From NCBI GenBank assembly GCA_964447905.1, contig CAYUUK010000005.1, forward strand, positions 279 through 64,278: 64,000 nt of DNA. Reading direction: 5' to 3'. Under the pieces are notes generated by a model that had not been told where the DNA came from, made no database searches, and was given only the letters and a program-made list of their open reading frames with translations. The position numbers were made by a program, and so were the translations under genes. The stretch comes from an uncultured Pseudomonadales bacterium (lineage in GTDB: Bacteria; Patescibacteriota; Microgenomatia; UBA1400; UBA1396). Positions 28,600-38,115 of this stretch are shown here, piece after piece (within the stretch, counting starts at the first letter, position 1; each line of letters opens with the position of its first letter).

Positions 28600-29552
28600 G
28601 TATTGAGCCGATTTTCCCGATACCACTCCACAAACTTCCGTAACCCTGTAGCAAACGGCGTCTTGGGCTCATACCCCAAATCTTGCTGCGCGGCGCTGAC
28701 ATCGGCATACGTAATCTCCACATCGCCGGGTTGCATGGGGTATTGATCGATAACTGCTTTTTTACCGATGATCTCTTCGAGAGTAGCAATAAACTCGTTG
28801 AGGCTCACCGGTGTGTGGTTGCCGAGGTTGTAGATGGCAAACGGCTTGGGGTGATCAATGGCGCCTAACACGCCATCCACGATGTCGTCGATAAACGTGT
28901 AGTCGCGTTTGGTTTCGCCGGTGCCGAATTTTTTGATTGGTTTCCCCTGGAATATGGCTTCGGTAAACAAGTACGGCGCCATATCTGGCCGGCCATTTGG
29001 TCCGTACACCGTAAAAAAGCGTAAGCAAGTGGCTTGGATGTCATAGAGATGGGCGTAGGTGTGGCAGTACATTTCGAGCGCCTTTTTGCAGGCAGCGTAC
29101 GGGCTGATCGGTGCGTTGGCTGGGTCGGTTTCTGAGAATGGCACTTTGGTTTGGTTGCCGTACACGGAGCTGGACGAGGCGGCCACAATCTGTTTCACGC
29201 CGTGCTGGTGCATGGCTTCTAAGATGTGGAGAGTGCCTTGGACGTTGGTTTTTTCATACAGGAGAGGATCGGCGATGGACGGGCGCACACCAGCCCGCGC
29301 GCCGAGGTGGACGATGCAGTCAAAGGCGTTGTGGGCAAAGAGCGGTTCGAGCTCTGTTTGCTCGGAAAAGTCGAGTTGCTGAAAAGTGAAGTGCTCATGC
29401 TGTGCTAAGCGGTCAATATTTGCTTGTTTCCACTCAGGGCTGTAGTAGTCGTTGAGATTGTCGATGCCGGTAACGGTGTCACCCCGCTGCAGAAGCGTTT
29501 CGGCCACATGAGAACCAATAAAACCGGCGACGCCAGTAACGAGTAGATGCAT
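28596..29552 (-). CDS. UDP-sugar (glucuronate-type) 4-epimerase, NAD-dependent
   Basis: LVTGVAGFIGSHV, YSPEWK, SSSSVYG and YAACK (YxxxK) resemble UDP-glucuronate 4-epimerases. Confidence 0.8.
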   Translation of the reverse strand: MHLLVTGVAGFIGSHVAETLLQRGDTVTGIDNLNDYYSPEWKQANIDRLAQHEHFTFQQLDFSEQTELEPLFAHNAFDCIVHLGARAGVRPSIADPLLYEKTNVQGTLHILEAMHQHGVKQIVAASSSSVYGNQTKVPFSETDPANAPISPYAACKKALEMYCHTYAHLYDIQATCLRFFTVYGPNGRPDMAPYLFTEAIFQGKPIKKFGTGETKRDYTFIDDIVDGVLGAIDHPKPFAIYNLGNHTPVSLNEFIATLEEIIGKKAVIDQYPMQPGDVEITYADVSAAQQDLGYEPKTPFATGLRKFVEWYRENRLNT

Positions 29553-29611
29553 GGGGACATGGTAGCACAATTTGTGTGCGCTCACGCTCAGCAAGGAGCA
29601 AAAATGAATTG

Positions 29612-29685
29612 TGGCTGATTAGGGACTCGAACCCCAGACCTCTCGAATGTGAATCGAACGCTCTAACCAACTGAGCTAATCAGCC
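29612..29685 (-). tRNA. tRNA-Val (anticodon CAC), no encoded CCA
   Basis: Manual fold: acceptor GGCTGAT/ATCAGCC, D-arm GCTC-AGTTGGTTA-GAGC, anticodon stem TTCGA/TCGAG with loop TTCACAT, T-loop TTCGAGT. Confidence 0.9.
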
Positions 29686-29717
29686 TCAGAGGCATATTGT
29701 AGCATTGTTTTTTTTCC

Positions 29718-29746
29718 TTGCATATTTGCAAGCAACCTGCTAATAT
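29718..29746 (+). promoter_or_regulatory. promoter TTGCAT-17-TAATAT overlapping the palindrome TTGCAtatTTGCAA
   Basis: The hexamers seen directly. The -10 element ends 8 nt before the ATG at 29755, so the mRNA would be leaderless or nearly so. Confidence 0.4.
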
Positions 29747-29754
29747 ATTGAGAG

Positions 29755-30099
29755 ATGTCACGAACGCGGCGTCATGAACAACGCACTCATTCTCCAAAAA
29801 ATCGGCCGGAAAACCCGGAGTACTCTTTATTTCAGGTAGGCCACGTCTTTCGAGTCCGAGCTCCATTGCAGATACAGTTAGAAAAAGGCTATATTTTGGG
29901 ACTCGCACGAGGGGATAGGCTTATTTGTGAAGGGAGAAATGAATTTACGCTTCAGGATGTTCCGTTTGAACTCACTCACAAGCAAATCGCACATTTGCAG
30001 TTGGAATCGCTTGGTTCGCTCGAGCGGCTGCGAATGCTAGAGGCGGACGGTCAGCCTTTTTTTGAAGATGAGGATGATTTTTCAGAAGAGTATCGATAA
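29755..30099 (+). CDS. hypothetical protein (114 aa)
   Basis: ORF downstream of the predicted promoter. No family recognised. Confidence 0.4.
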   Translation: MSRTRRHEQRTHSPKNRPENPEYSLFQVGHVFRVRAPLQIQLEKGYILGLARGDRLICEGRNEFTLQDVPFELTHKQIAHLQLESLGSLERLRMLEADGQPFFEDEDDFSEEYR

Positions 30100-30106
30100 A
30101 GCGTGT

Positions 30107-31228
30107 TTACTCGCTCTGCTTCGCTAAAAATTCTTCCAGTACTTGTTGTACTTCTTGTGCGGAGTTTGCCAGCATAAGGCGAGTGCGGTACTCACTAGCA
30201 AAGGGGAATCCCTTGATGTACCAAGCTAAATGCTTTCGCATAGGCAGGAAGTGTTCATCAGGATAGGTCTCTTGGTACAGCTGTGAGTGCTCGATAGCAA
30301 TGTGAACGCGTTCTTCAACTGTTGGTGTTTGGGAAGCGTACTCGCTACTCCAGCCAGAGTCTCGATACCGCTTCATCTCGCCGATAAGCCAAGGATCACC
30401 GAACGTGGCTCTGCCGATAAGGACACCATCGATTGGATACTGGGCAAATTTTTCCTTAACCTGCTCTGGCGTACGAAGGTCACCATTTCCAAGAATTTTG
30501 GTTGGGGAACCTTGTGCCACTTCAGCAGCTTTGCCAATGAGGTCCCAGTTGGCAGCACCACTATAGAGTTGTTTGAGTGTACGGCCGTGTACAGATATCG
30601 CTGCTGGTTCGAGCTCCAGGAGTGTTTCTATCCAGTCGCCAATGACCGGAGTATCAAAACCAACACGCGTCTTCACGGACACAGGCAGAATGCGCCTCTC
30701 TTGATACTTTTCTGGGAGCTGGGCGTGGAGAGAAAGGATCATTTTTTTTGTTTTTTGCTTGAGTTCAGGTAAGTCATCGAGAGACAGGCCGTTCGCCCAG
30801 TCGGCAATACCGCGCTGTGTTTGGCGGATAAGTTCTTGTGCTAGATCCGGAGTGAGGATGAGTGCGGCACCTGATCCATGTTGGCGAACACTTTTGGCTG
30901 GGCAACCCATGTTGATATCAATCCCGTCAAATCCCAGGTAGCCTAAGATGACCGCGGTAACGTAAAACGCTCGTGGTTCGTTTCCAAATATTTGAGCGAT
31001 CACCGGTCGCTGGGTTTCGTCAAACTGAAAATCTCTGAAGAGGCGAAGTGCATTTCTGCTCACTCCCTCAGCGGAGGTGAACTTGGTCATGACGATATCT
31101 GGATTGGAGTATTTCTTTTGTAAATGGCGATACGGTTGATCTGTCACCCCGTCCATCGGGCTGAGTCCAATAATTTGGTCTGGTAGTGTGCTCCAAAATC
31201 CACTTGTCATGAGTGCGTATTGTATCAT
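30107..31228 (-). CDS. dus: tRNA-dihydrouridine synthase
   Basis: SPMDGVTD...IAQIFG...DINMGCP is the Dus family FMN TIM-barrel signature. Confidence 0.85.
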   Translation of the reverse strand: MIQYALMTSGFWSTLPDQIIGLSPMDGVTDQPYRHLQKKYSNPDIVMTKFTSAEGVSRNALRLFRDFQFDETQRPVIAQIFGNEPRAFYVTAVILGYLGFDGIDINMGCPAKSVRQHGSGAALILTPDLAQELIRQTQRGIADWANGLSLDDLPELKQKTKKMILSLHAQLPEKYQERRILPVSVKTRVGFDTPVIGDWIETLLELEPAAISVHGRTLKQLYSGAANWDLIGKAAEVAQGSPTKILGNGDLRTPEQVKEKFAQYPIDGVLIGRATFGDPWLIGEMKRYRDSGWSSEYASQTPTVEERVHIAIEHSQLYQETYPDEHFLPMRKHLAWYIKGFPFASEYRTRLMLANSAQEVQQVLEEFLAKQSE

Positions 31229-31234
31229 TGAGTA

Positions 31235-33100
31235 CTATGGAAATGTAGCTAATAGGTGCTGATTCCACGCATCTTTTATTACTCGATAGGTATTGTGTGT
31301 GATCCATCCATTCTGATGCCAGACTGAGAGTGTATCGAGAGTCTGTTGGGAGAGGTTTTGAGCGGCTGAGAGTTCGCCGAGTTCTGAGAGAGATTGTTTT
31401 GCATCTAAAAGCCGCTCGACAATGAGCGGAGAGCGAATGTGCTGCCAGGAGAGGAGTTGAGCCAAGTACTGTGGCGAAAAGATGTGAGCGCTGGCCGCAA
31501 TCGCGGACTCGTTTTGTTCAGTTGTGGTGTGCAGTGATGAATCAATATGTATGCGTGTTTGCATCGACGGATACTCAATCCATGCAGCATTTGTCAGTAT
31601 TTCACCAGACTGTGAATAGGTGTGAATGTGAATTGGAAAACTGAACGGTGACGTGGTTTTAAGAGAAATCTGCCATTCACCTTGTGGTTTGGCGATGTCG
31701 TACAGCCAGGCGTAGAGATCTCCGTCAAGTGTGTAGAGTTCGATGGGTTCAGGAAATACCGCTTCGCCATCTTGCCAGAAAAGGAGCTGTGTTCCGACTG
31801 GTACAAAAATACTGATAGCGCTCAAATCCGTATGACTCGGCGTAAATACTCGAGCGGAGGCGAAGGTGTTGTCATAAGCTTCAAGTGTTGTGTGCGCATA
31901 TAATGGGTCATGTATCTGAATCGTCTCATCACCTGGGCCGTAACCAGTAGAGACAACAAAGTGGCCCCGCTCATCAAGAATGGGGGTGATTCCAGTTTGG
32001 AGTGTTTCTCTGAGCCAGGAAAGGTGGTTTGTTGGCTTGGCAATGTATTTCATTTCAAGAGCGGGAGTGTGATATCTCCCAGCGTGCCAGGCACTCAAGC
32101 GAGTGAGCGCCCTCCAGTTGACTAAACCGGGGAAAACGAACCCATCTGGCTCTGATTGTAACCATTCATTCAGCGAGTCTGGAGTGATTTCTTGTCCAGA
32201 TGGAAGTAATTCTATGCCGTGGTATCTGAGCACCATGACGGCACTCGTAAGCGCACATCCCCACCGTTGTAGGGTGTGAGGTGTTTGTGAAGTGGTCCAC
32301 GTTTCTGCAGAATCGTACTTGGTCTGGGCCCAACGGGGATCATCTTGTTTGAAGCGCGGCACTGGCAAAGTGAGTGTTTCGCTGACGTCCCACCAACTGA
32401 AGTCAGCGAAGGATACAAAAGATGTGCTCGTATGGCCAACACTGCCCGCCACACCAATGGAACCAACAGTGAGGCGGGGATCGGACTCCTGCTCTCGTCC
32501 CTTATAGGCTAAAACGCCATCGAACCACAACATGATCTCTCCCGTGCTCTGATCGTACCGCAGCCGAACGGCGTAAGTGTGTCCTTTTTGAAAAGGAAAA
32601 TGCACTACAGAAGGGAGCACTCCATATGAATTTCCGGCGACAAATTTTTCTGGATGGATCGTATTTCCATAGAGATGAAACCCGAGATAGTTATCACTAT
32701 CGCTCCAGCGTACGAGTATATTTCGGTCCATGTCTTGATGGGCAAAGCGCATTGAAAAGCGTTGTTCAGTGACAGTGGGCCAGGTAGTATCGAGAAGCGG
32801 TGAGAGAACGGTCTTGCACGGTACGCTGAGAAAAATAGTCAACTCCGTGTTGTCTGGTGATGATATCCATTGAGCATCTCCATTGGGCCCGCGGCATGGG
32901 GCCGTTGGTTGATCAAACTGTTGATTGAGCACTGTTTGCCAAGAAGTAAATCCCTCGCTGGTACCATTTGTCGAGTAGAGCAGTTCTGCCGCCTGCGCTT
33001 TGGTAACAACTAAACCAAAGAGCATATACCAGCTCAGGCACAGTACACCAATTCGTATCCACATACGGCTACAGTAGCGAGCGATACTGACAAAAAACAA
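31235..33100 (-). CDS. secreted protein with a peptidase C39-like (papain-fold) domain
   Basis: N-terminal signal peptide. WGCALTSAVMVLRYHGI (Cys box) and ...ERGHFVVSTGY (His box) resemble the Peptidase_C39_2 domain. Confidence 0.5.
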   Translation of the reverse strand: MFFVSIARYCSRMWIRIGVLCLSWYMLFGLVVTKAQAAELLYSTNGTSEGFTSWQTVLNQQFDQPTAPCRGPNGDAQWISSPDNTELTIFLSVPCKTVLSPLLDTTWPTVTEQRFSMRFAHQDMDRNILVRWSDSDNYLGFHLYGNTIHPEKFVAGNSYGVLPSVVHFPFQKGHTYAVRLRYDQSTGEIMLWFDGVLAYKGREQESDPRLTVGSIGVAGSVGHTSTSFVSFADFSWWDVSETLTLPVPRFKQDDPRWAQTKYDSAETWTTSQTPHTLQRWGCALTSAVMVLRYHGIELLPSGQEITPDSLNEWLQSEPDGFVFPGLVNWRALTRLSAWHAGRYHTPALEMKYIAKPTNHLSWLRETLQTGITPILDERGHFVVSTGYGPGDETIQIHDPLYAHTTLEAYDNTFASARVFTPSHTDLSAISIFVPVGTQLLFWQDGEAVFPEPIELYTLDGDLYAWLYDIAKPQGEWQISLKTTSPFSFPIHIHTYSQSGEILTNAAWIEYPSMQTRIHIDSSLHTTTEQNESAIAASAHIFSPQYLAQLLSWQHIRSPLIVERLLDAKQSLSELGELSAAQNLSQQTLDTLSVWHQNGWITHNTYRVIKDAWNQHLLATFP

Positions 33101-33121
33101 ACACTTTGCGATACTACAGGT

Positions 33122-34093
33122 ATGAAAACCGTGACTTCATCGGTGATTGTTACCGTAAAAAATGATGCCCAAGCCCTGCAGCAACTGTGTACTGATCTTG
33201 AGGCGCAGTCAAGTTTGCCTACTGAAGTTATCATTGCCGTTGCTGCCTCAGAAGATGCTTCTCTCCAAGTGGCTGAAGCGTGGAAACCAGGACAGGTGGC
33301 GGTGACCGTTTTGCCATTAGCTGCAGAGGCTACCCGCTCAGTGGGTCGAAATGCTGCGGTTGATGCGAGCACTGGAGAGTTGTTAGTGTTTACTGATGCC
33401 GGCTGTCGACTGAGCGCGGAATGGCTGAAAGATATTCTTCACGCCCATTCACAGTCTGGAGCAGATCTCATTTCTGGCTTTACTCGTGGGCGAGTGGACA
33501 CGCCTCAGTTTGAGCTACAAACAGCATTTACACTGGTTCCTCGGTCAAGAATTGAACACCATCCGCTTCCGGCAACTCGAAATATGGCGGTGACACGAAA
33601 AGCGTGGGACGAAATTGGGCCCTTTCGAGCGGATCTCAACTTTGCAGAAGACTATGAGTGGTCGAGGCGAGCTCGACAGCTCGGGTATGACGCCCTGTTT
33701 GTGCCGGAAGCAGTGGTTACTTGGCAGCCACGAGAAAACATTTGGGAATTTTGCCGCATGGTTTATTTGCTTACCAAAGGAGATCTCCAGGCAAACACCA
33801 TCCGTTGGGGTCACGCTACACTGTTGGCTCGATACCTGGTATTCATAGGCCTGGCTGCACTTGCTTCCGGATGGCAGAATTCTTGGGTCTTTGGAGTTTT
33901 CACACTATTCACTGTCTGGTTTTTGTATATCCTGGTTAAGGCGACACGATTTCGTTTACATTTTGTGGCTTCTTGGTTCTTCTACCCCTGGTACCAACTC
34001 CTGTCTGACATGGCAGTTCTCTTCGGGACGCTATCTGGAGCGGTCGATTCGATGTATACTCGTACTATGAGCGTCCAAAGAGAGAACACATGA
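33122..34093 (+). CDS. glycosyltransferase family 2 with C-terminal TM helices
   Basis: VIVTVKND..., FTDAG, EDYEW motifs. Confidence 0.7.
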   Translation: MKTVTSSVIVTVKNDAQALQQLCTDLEAQSSLPTEVIIAVAASEDASLQVAEAWKPGQVAVTVLPLAAEATRSVGRNAAVDASTGELLVFTDAGCRLSAEWLKDILHAHSQSGADLISGFTRGRVDTPQFELQTAFTLVPRSRIEHHPLPATRNMAVTRKAWDEIGPFRADLNFAEDYEWSRRARQLGYDALFVPEAVVTWQPRENIWEFCRMVYLLTKGDLQANTIRWGHATLLARYLVFIGLAALASGWQNSWVFGVFTLFTVWFLYILVKATRFRLHFVASWFFYPWYQLLSDMAVLFGTLSGAVDSMYTRTMSVQRENT

Positions 34094-35346
34094 CCACTCT
34101 ATGGCAGCAGCTGGTGAGTTCGCGTGCTTTGCGGGGGATTTGGGCCCTTTCTTTTATGAAGTACTTTACGAAGTTCCTCACACTCGCTCGTCTAGCCGTG
34201 ATTGCTCGGCTTCTCGGTCCTGAGCAGTTGGGATTGTTTGGACTATCGGTTTTAGTTATCTCGATTACCGAAGTGTTTACCGAAACAGGTATCAACGCTA
34301 TCCTTTTGAAGGACCCCAAAAAGTTTCGCCAGTACTACGACACGGCTTGGGTTATCTCTTTGATTCGCGGGGTAAGTATTGCTGTACTTATCTTCTTCGG
34401 TTCAGGTTTCATTGCCAACATATATAATCAGCCGAGCTTACAGTATTTTTTGGCAATAGCCGCGAGTATTCCGTTTTTACGTGGTTTCATTAATCCGGCT
34501 ATTATTCGATTTCAGCAGGAACTACAGTTTGAGCGCGAGTCAGTGATGCGTATTGGGTTGCAGAGTCTGGACCTTTTCTCTGGCTTAGTGTTGGCCTTTT
34601 GGCTGGAGAGTGCGATCGGTTTGCTTTTGGGCATAGCCATCGCGGTAGTGGCGGAAGTGGTGTTGTCGTTTACGCTCTTTCCCGAACGACCAAACTGGGC
34701 GAAAGCCCGTTGGCAACAAGCTCGTCTTCTTTTCCAAGAATCAAAATATATTATTGGTAATGGCATGATCCACTACCTGACAGAGAATATTGATGACTTT
34801 CTCATTGGAAAGTACCTTGGTATATCAGCGCTGGGGTTCTATCAGACCGCCTATAAGTTAGCGAGCGCAGCTACCATGGACTTTGCCGCTACCGTAGGGC
34901 AGACGTTGTACCCGATATACGCTCGACATGCGAGTGCACAAAGAGCGGTGACGCGCACCTGGCTCAAAACGAATGTTTTATTATTGGGTGTGTTTTTGTG
35001 TGCAGCAGTTCCGTTTTTGTTGTTCACTCAACCACTCGTCCGGTTGGCTCTCGGAGTTGAGTGGTTATCAATTGTACCGGTAGTACGCATTCTTTTTGTG
35101 GCAGGGATAGCGAAAGCATTTATTACTACTTGGAATCCCTTGTCTATTTTGGCAAATAACTTACATCACCATGTCGTGATGAATATTGGCATGCTGCTCA
35201 TACTGGTACTCGGTATAACACTCGTAGCTGAGCAATGGGGATTGGTGGGAGCGAGCGCTGCAGTTTTACTTGCTTTTTTGTCAGTTCATCCGTATGAGTG
35301 GTTTGCAGTAGGGCAAGCGTTGCGGAGGTTAGACCATGCCAAGTAA
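34090..35346 (+). CDS. oligosaccharide flippase (Wzx/MOP family)
   Basis: 418 aa, about 12 TM. ATGA overlap with the upstream GT2. Confidence 0.65.
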   Translation: MTTLWQQLVSSRALRGIWALSFMKYFTKFLTLARLAVIARLLGPEQLGLFGLSVLVISITEVFTETGINAILLKDPKKFRQYYDTAWVISLIRGVSIAVLIFFGSGFIANIYNQPSLQYFLAIAASIPFLRGFINPAIIRFQQELQFERESVMRIGLQSLDLFSGLVLAFWLESAIGLLLGIAIAVVAEVVLSFTLFPERPNWAKARWQQARLLFQESKYIIGNGMIHYLTENIDDFLIGKYLGISALGFYQTAYKLASAATMDFAATVGQTLYPIYARHASAQRAVTRTWLKTNVLLLGVFLCAAVPFLLFTQPLVRLALGVEWLSIVPVVRILFVAGIAKAFITTWNPLSILANNLHHHVVMNIGMLLILVLGITLVAEQWGLVGASAAVLLAFLSVHPYEWFAVGQALRRLDHAK

Positions 35347-36103
35347 GCCGCGAAAGCCGAGTATTCGTATATCCGTAATTATTGTGAATTACCAAGCGGA
35401 TGAGTACGTTCGGAAACTACAAAAATCATTTCTTCAACGGGATGATATTGAGTGTATTGTTATTGATAACTCGAGTGGAGAGCGTGGCTACGGAGCCGGC
35501 TGCAATCTCGGTGCAGAGCAGGCGAAAGGTGAGTATCTCTTTTTTACGAACCCCGATGTGTACTGCACGGCGAGTGTTGTCGACTCACTGGCTGACTTCT
35601 TGCTTACCCACCCGCAAGTCGGGTTAGTTGGACCTCAGATTCGTAATGAGCACGGTGCTATAGATACTACGTGTAGTACGGTTCCAACGGCTTGGCAGGC
35701 GGCTGTAGTGTATTCTTGGCTCGGAACGCTTCCGCTCTTTGCGGATCAAGTGAAACAGTATCGCTTATGGGGTTTTAATCACCAGAGTTCTCGGCCGGTA
35801 CCCTCGGTGAGTGGCGCCTGTTTTATGATGCGAGCCGATGAGTTTCGTGCTCTTGGTGGCTTTGACGAACAGTTTTTCTTATACTTTGAGGAGTTTGATT
35901 TGGCGAAACGCATAAAAGAGATACTTGAAATGGAAGTGTACTATTTAGCAACGATTTCGGTTATTCATTATGGGCAACACTCTACGAATCAGACCTCTAC
36001 CGCACCGATTATCTTTCGCCAATCGCGGCGGCGTTGGCTGGAAAAATATTACGGCTGGAAGGGAATTCTGGCGAACACATGGATACGAATATGGGAAAAA
36101 TAA
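35336..36103 (+). CDS. glycosyltransferase family 2
   Basis: ISVIIVNYQ...IVIDNSSGERGYGAGCNLG...FTNPDV. Confidence 0.8.
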   Translation: MPSKPRKPSIRISVIIVNYQADEYVRKLQKSFLQRDDIECIVIDNSSGERGYGAGCNLGAEQAKGEYLFFTNPDVYCTASVVDSLADFLLTHPQVGLVGPQIRNEHGAIDTTCSTVPTAWQAAVVYSWLGTLPLFADQVKQYRLWGFNHQSSRPVPSVSGACFMMRADEFRALGGFDEQFFLYFEEFDLAKRIKEILEMEVYYLATISVIHYGQHSTNQTSTAPIIFRQSRRRWLEKYYGWKGILANTWIRIWEK

Positions 36104-36873
36104 AATCACTCCCCCTTACACTTATTATTTTGAGTAAGCATGAAGAGGAGCCAACGAAAGAGCGTCTCGAGAAATACTTACCGCAGGTTGAAGAAATAGT
36201 GGTTTGGGATGATGGCACTGGATCCAAAGAGAAATTAGCAGCGCTTGAGTCCCGATCGAGCAAAAAAATCAAAGTATTTTCAAATGAACTAGCGGGTGAC
36301 TTTGCGGCTCACCGCAACGAAGCTCTCGAGCAAGTTACCACCGAGTGGACCTTGTTTCTCGATGCCGATGAGGATCTGAACACTGAAGCCTGGCAAGAGA
36401 TTCAAATCATTCTCGAAAATGATCAGCATGACGCCGTCATTTTTCCTCGTCGAGATATTTTTCTCGGTCGCCAGCTCCGTTTTGGGGAGACTGGGAATAC
36501 CGCAGTCCTACGTATGGCAAAAACGTATTTAGCAAAAGGAAAATGGCAGCGTGCGGTACACGAAGTGTGGAATATTCCTTCTGAACGTGTGGCCACAGCA
36601 AACTCGAACATTCTGCATACGCCGCATCCCACTATTCGCCAATTTCTAGCTAAGCTGCACTGGTATGCGTCGTTGGAGCCCAGCGCCCGCCACCGCTTGC
36701 CGTTTTACACAATTCTCTGGCAACTCCTTTTCTTTCCGACCGCGAAGTTTTTACAAAACTATGTCTGGCGCCATGGCTGGCGTGATGGCTTTCCTGGATT
36801 AGTGCACGCCCTGTGCATGTCATACTACTCCCTGATTACTCGCGTGTACATGTTTGAGGTCTGGCATGCCTAG
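36091..36873 (+). CDS. GT2-like glycosyltransferase (LPS-core-type)
   Basis: VVWDDGTGS...FLDADE (DxD). Start at MGKIKS; the track ORF starts at 36034. Confidence 0.5.
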   Translation: MGKIKSLPLTLIILSKHEEEPTKERLEKYLPQVEEIVVWDDGTGSKEKLAALESRSSKKIKVFSNELAGDFAAHRNEALEQVTTEWTLFLDADEDLNTEAWQEIQIILENDQHDAVIFPRRDIFLGRQLRFGETGNTAVLRMAKTYLAKGKWQRAVHEVWNIPSERVATANSNILHTPHPTIRQFLAKLHWYASLEPSARHRLPFYTILWQLLFFPTAKFLQNYVWRHGWRDGFPGLVHALCMSYYSLITRVYMFEVWHA

Positions 36874-38068
36874 CAAGCGAAAAATGTGGAGCTTCTCAGC
36901 ACCGTGGTTTTTATTGGGAGGAATTGGCGTTGTAAGCTTGCTCGGTCAATTTGCGCGAGCTGCTACACCTCTTGGGCTTGTGAGCTATTATGAGTTTGGG
37001 ATTATTCTTTTCACGCTTTTCATAGCCAGAAGGATTCGGTTTTGGCAGTGGTTTCTGCAGCAAAGATTCATATGGTGGGCTACTGCGTTCTTGGGTTGGT
37101 CATTGAGCATTACTCTACTGCAAAACTTTTTTGCCGGCACGTTGTGGACTGATATGAGCGGATATGCGTATCTAGCTAAAATGGTGCTTTATTTGCTTTT
37201 TGGGGCAACTTTCTGGTTTTGGCAGAGAGAAACTGTGGTGTCTAAAAAAGAGAAGAGGATGATTTTCAGAGGTACTGTCAGTTGGTTTGTGATCTGGGCG
37301 GTGCTTGGTTTGAGCCAGTATATCTTGCTTCCAGACACACGCATTTTGTCTGAGCTGGGTTGGGATGATCACCTGAGTCGAGCATTCGCTACGCTCTTTG
37401 ATCCTACTTTTTACGGTGTGCTCATGGCTCTTGCTGCTATCTGGGTTCTGTCCTGGAAGCACAAGGCTACGGTCTTTACTTCGTTTTTGACCGCGCTTTT
37501 TTTATTAGCCTTAGCGGTGAGTTACTCCAGATTGGCGTACCTTGTCTACATTTTGGGTGTTTTGAGCATTTGGGCTACGAGCCGAAGTCGGCGGGTGTTG
37601 CTTGCTGTTCCACTACTGCTCATGGCCTTGGTTTTACTGCCCAAGGATGGTGGTGGGGCAGGGCAAAATCTTTTACGGACTCAGAGCATTACACAGCGTG
37701 TGGAACACGCTACTTTTCAAACAAGTGAGTGGTCTTGGAGTGAGCAGCTTCTTGGTCGTGGCTGGAGTGAAAAACGATTTGTAGCGGTACGTTCACAAGG
37801 AATTGCTGCGCAATACGGAGACAATGAATCAAGTGGTGGCACCCATGCTTCTGTGGCAGATAGTGCTTATTTACATATACTTTTAACAAGTGGTGTAGTA
37901 GGCCTTGTCTTTATGAGTGGAACGATGTTTACACTTTGGCAAAAAGTTCCCGCTACAGCCAAGCCAGTATTGCTCGCTTTTTTCTTCTCTGGTTTTGGCG
38001 CTCCCACTCTTTTCTATGGATGGATTTTGCTAGGAGTAATTTTCGTAATTGGGGTGTCGGCCGAGTAA
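36866..38068 (+). CDS. O-antigen ligase/polymerase-like (Wzy_C) membrane protein
   Basis: About 400 aa, more than 10 TM, with a large extracytoplasmic loop, in the glycan locus. Confidence 0.45.
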   Translation: MPSKRKMWSFSAPWFLLGGIGVVSLLGQFARAATPLGLVSYYEFGIILFTLFIARRIRFWQWFLQQRFIWWATAFLGWSLSITLLQNFFAGTLWTDMSGYAYLAKMVLYLLFGATFWFWQRETVVSKKEKRMIFRGTVSWFVIWAVLGLSQYILLPDTRILSELGWDDHLSRAFATLFDPTFYGVLMALAAIWVLSWKHKATVFTSFLTALFLLALAVSYSRLAYLVYILGVLSIWATSRSRRVLLAVPLLLMALVLLPKDGGGAGQNLLRTQSITQRVEHATFQTSEWSWSEQLLGRGWSEKRFVAVRSQGIAAQYGDNESSGGTHASVADSAYLHILLTSGVVGLVFMSGTMFTLWQKVPATAKPVLLAFFFSGFGAPTLFYGWILLGVIFVIGVSAE

Positions 38069-38115
38069 GCCGAGTTGGAAGTCAGCAGCAAACTTCGTGT
38101 TATGCGTATATGCTC

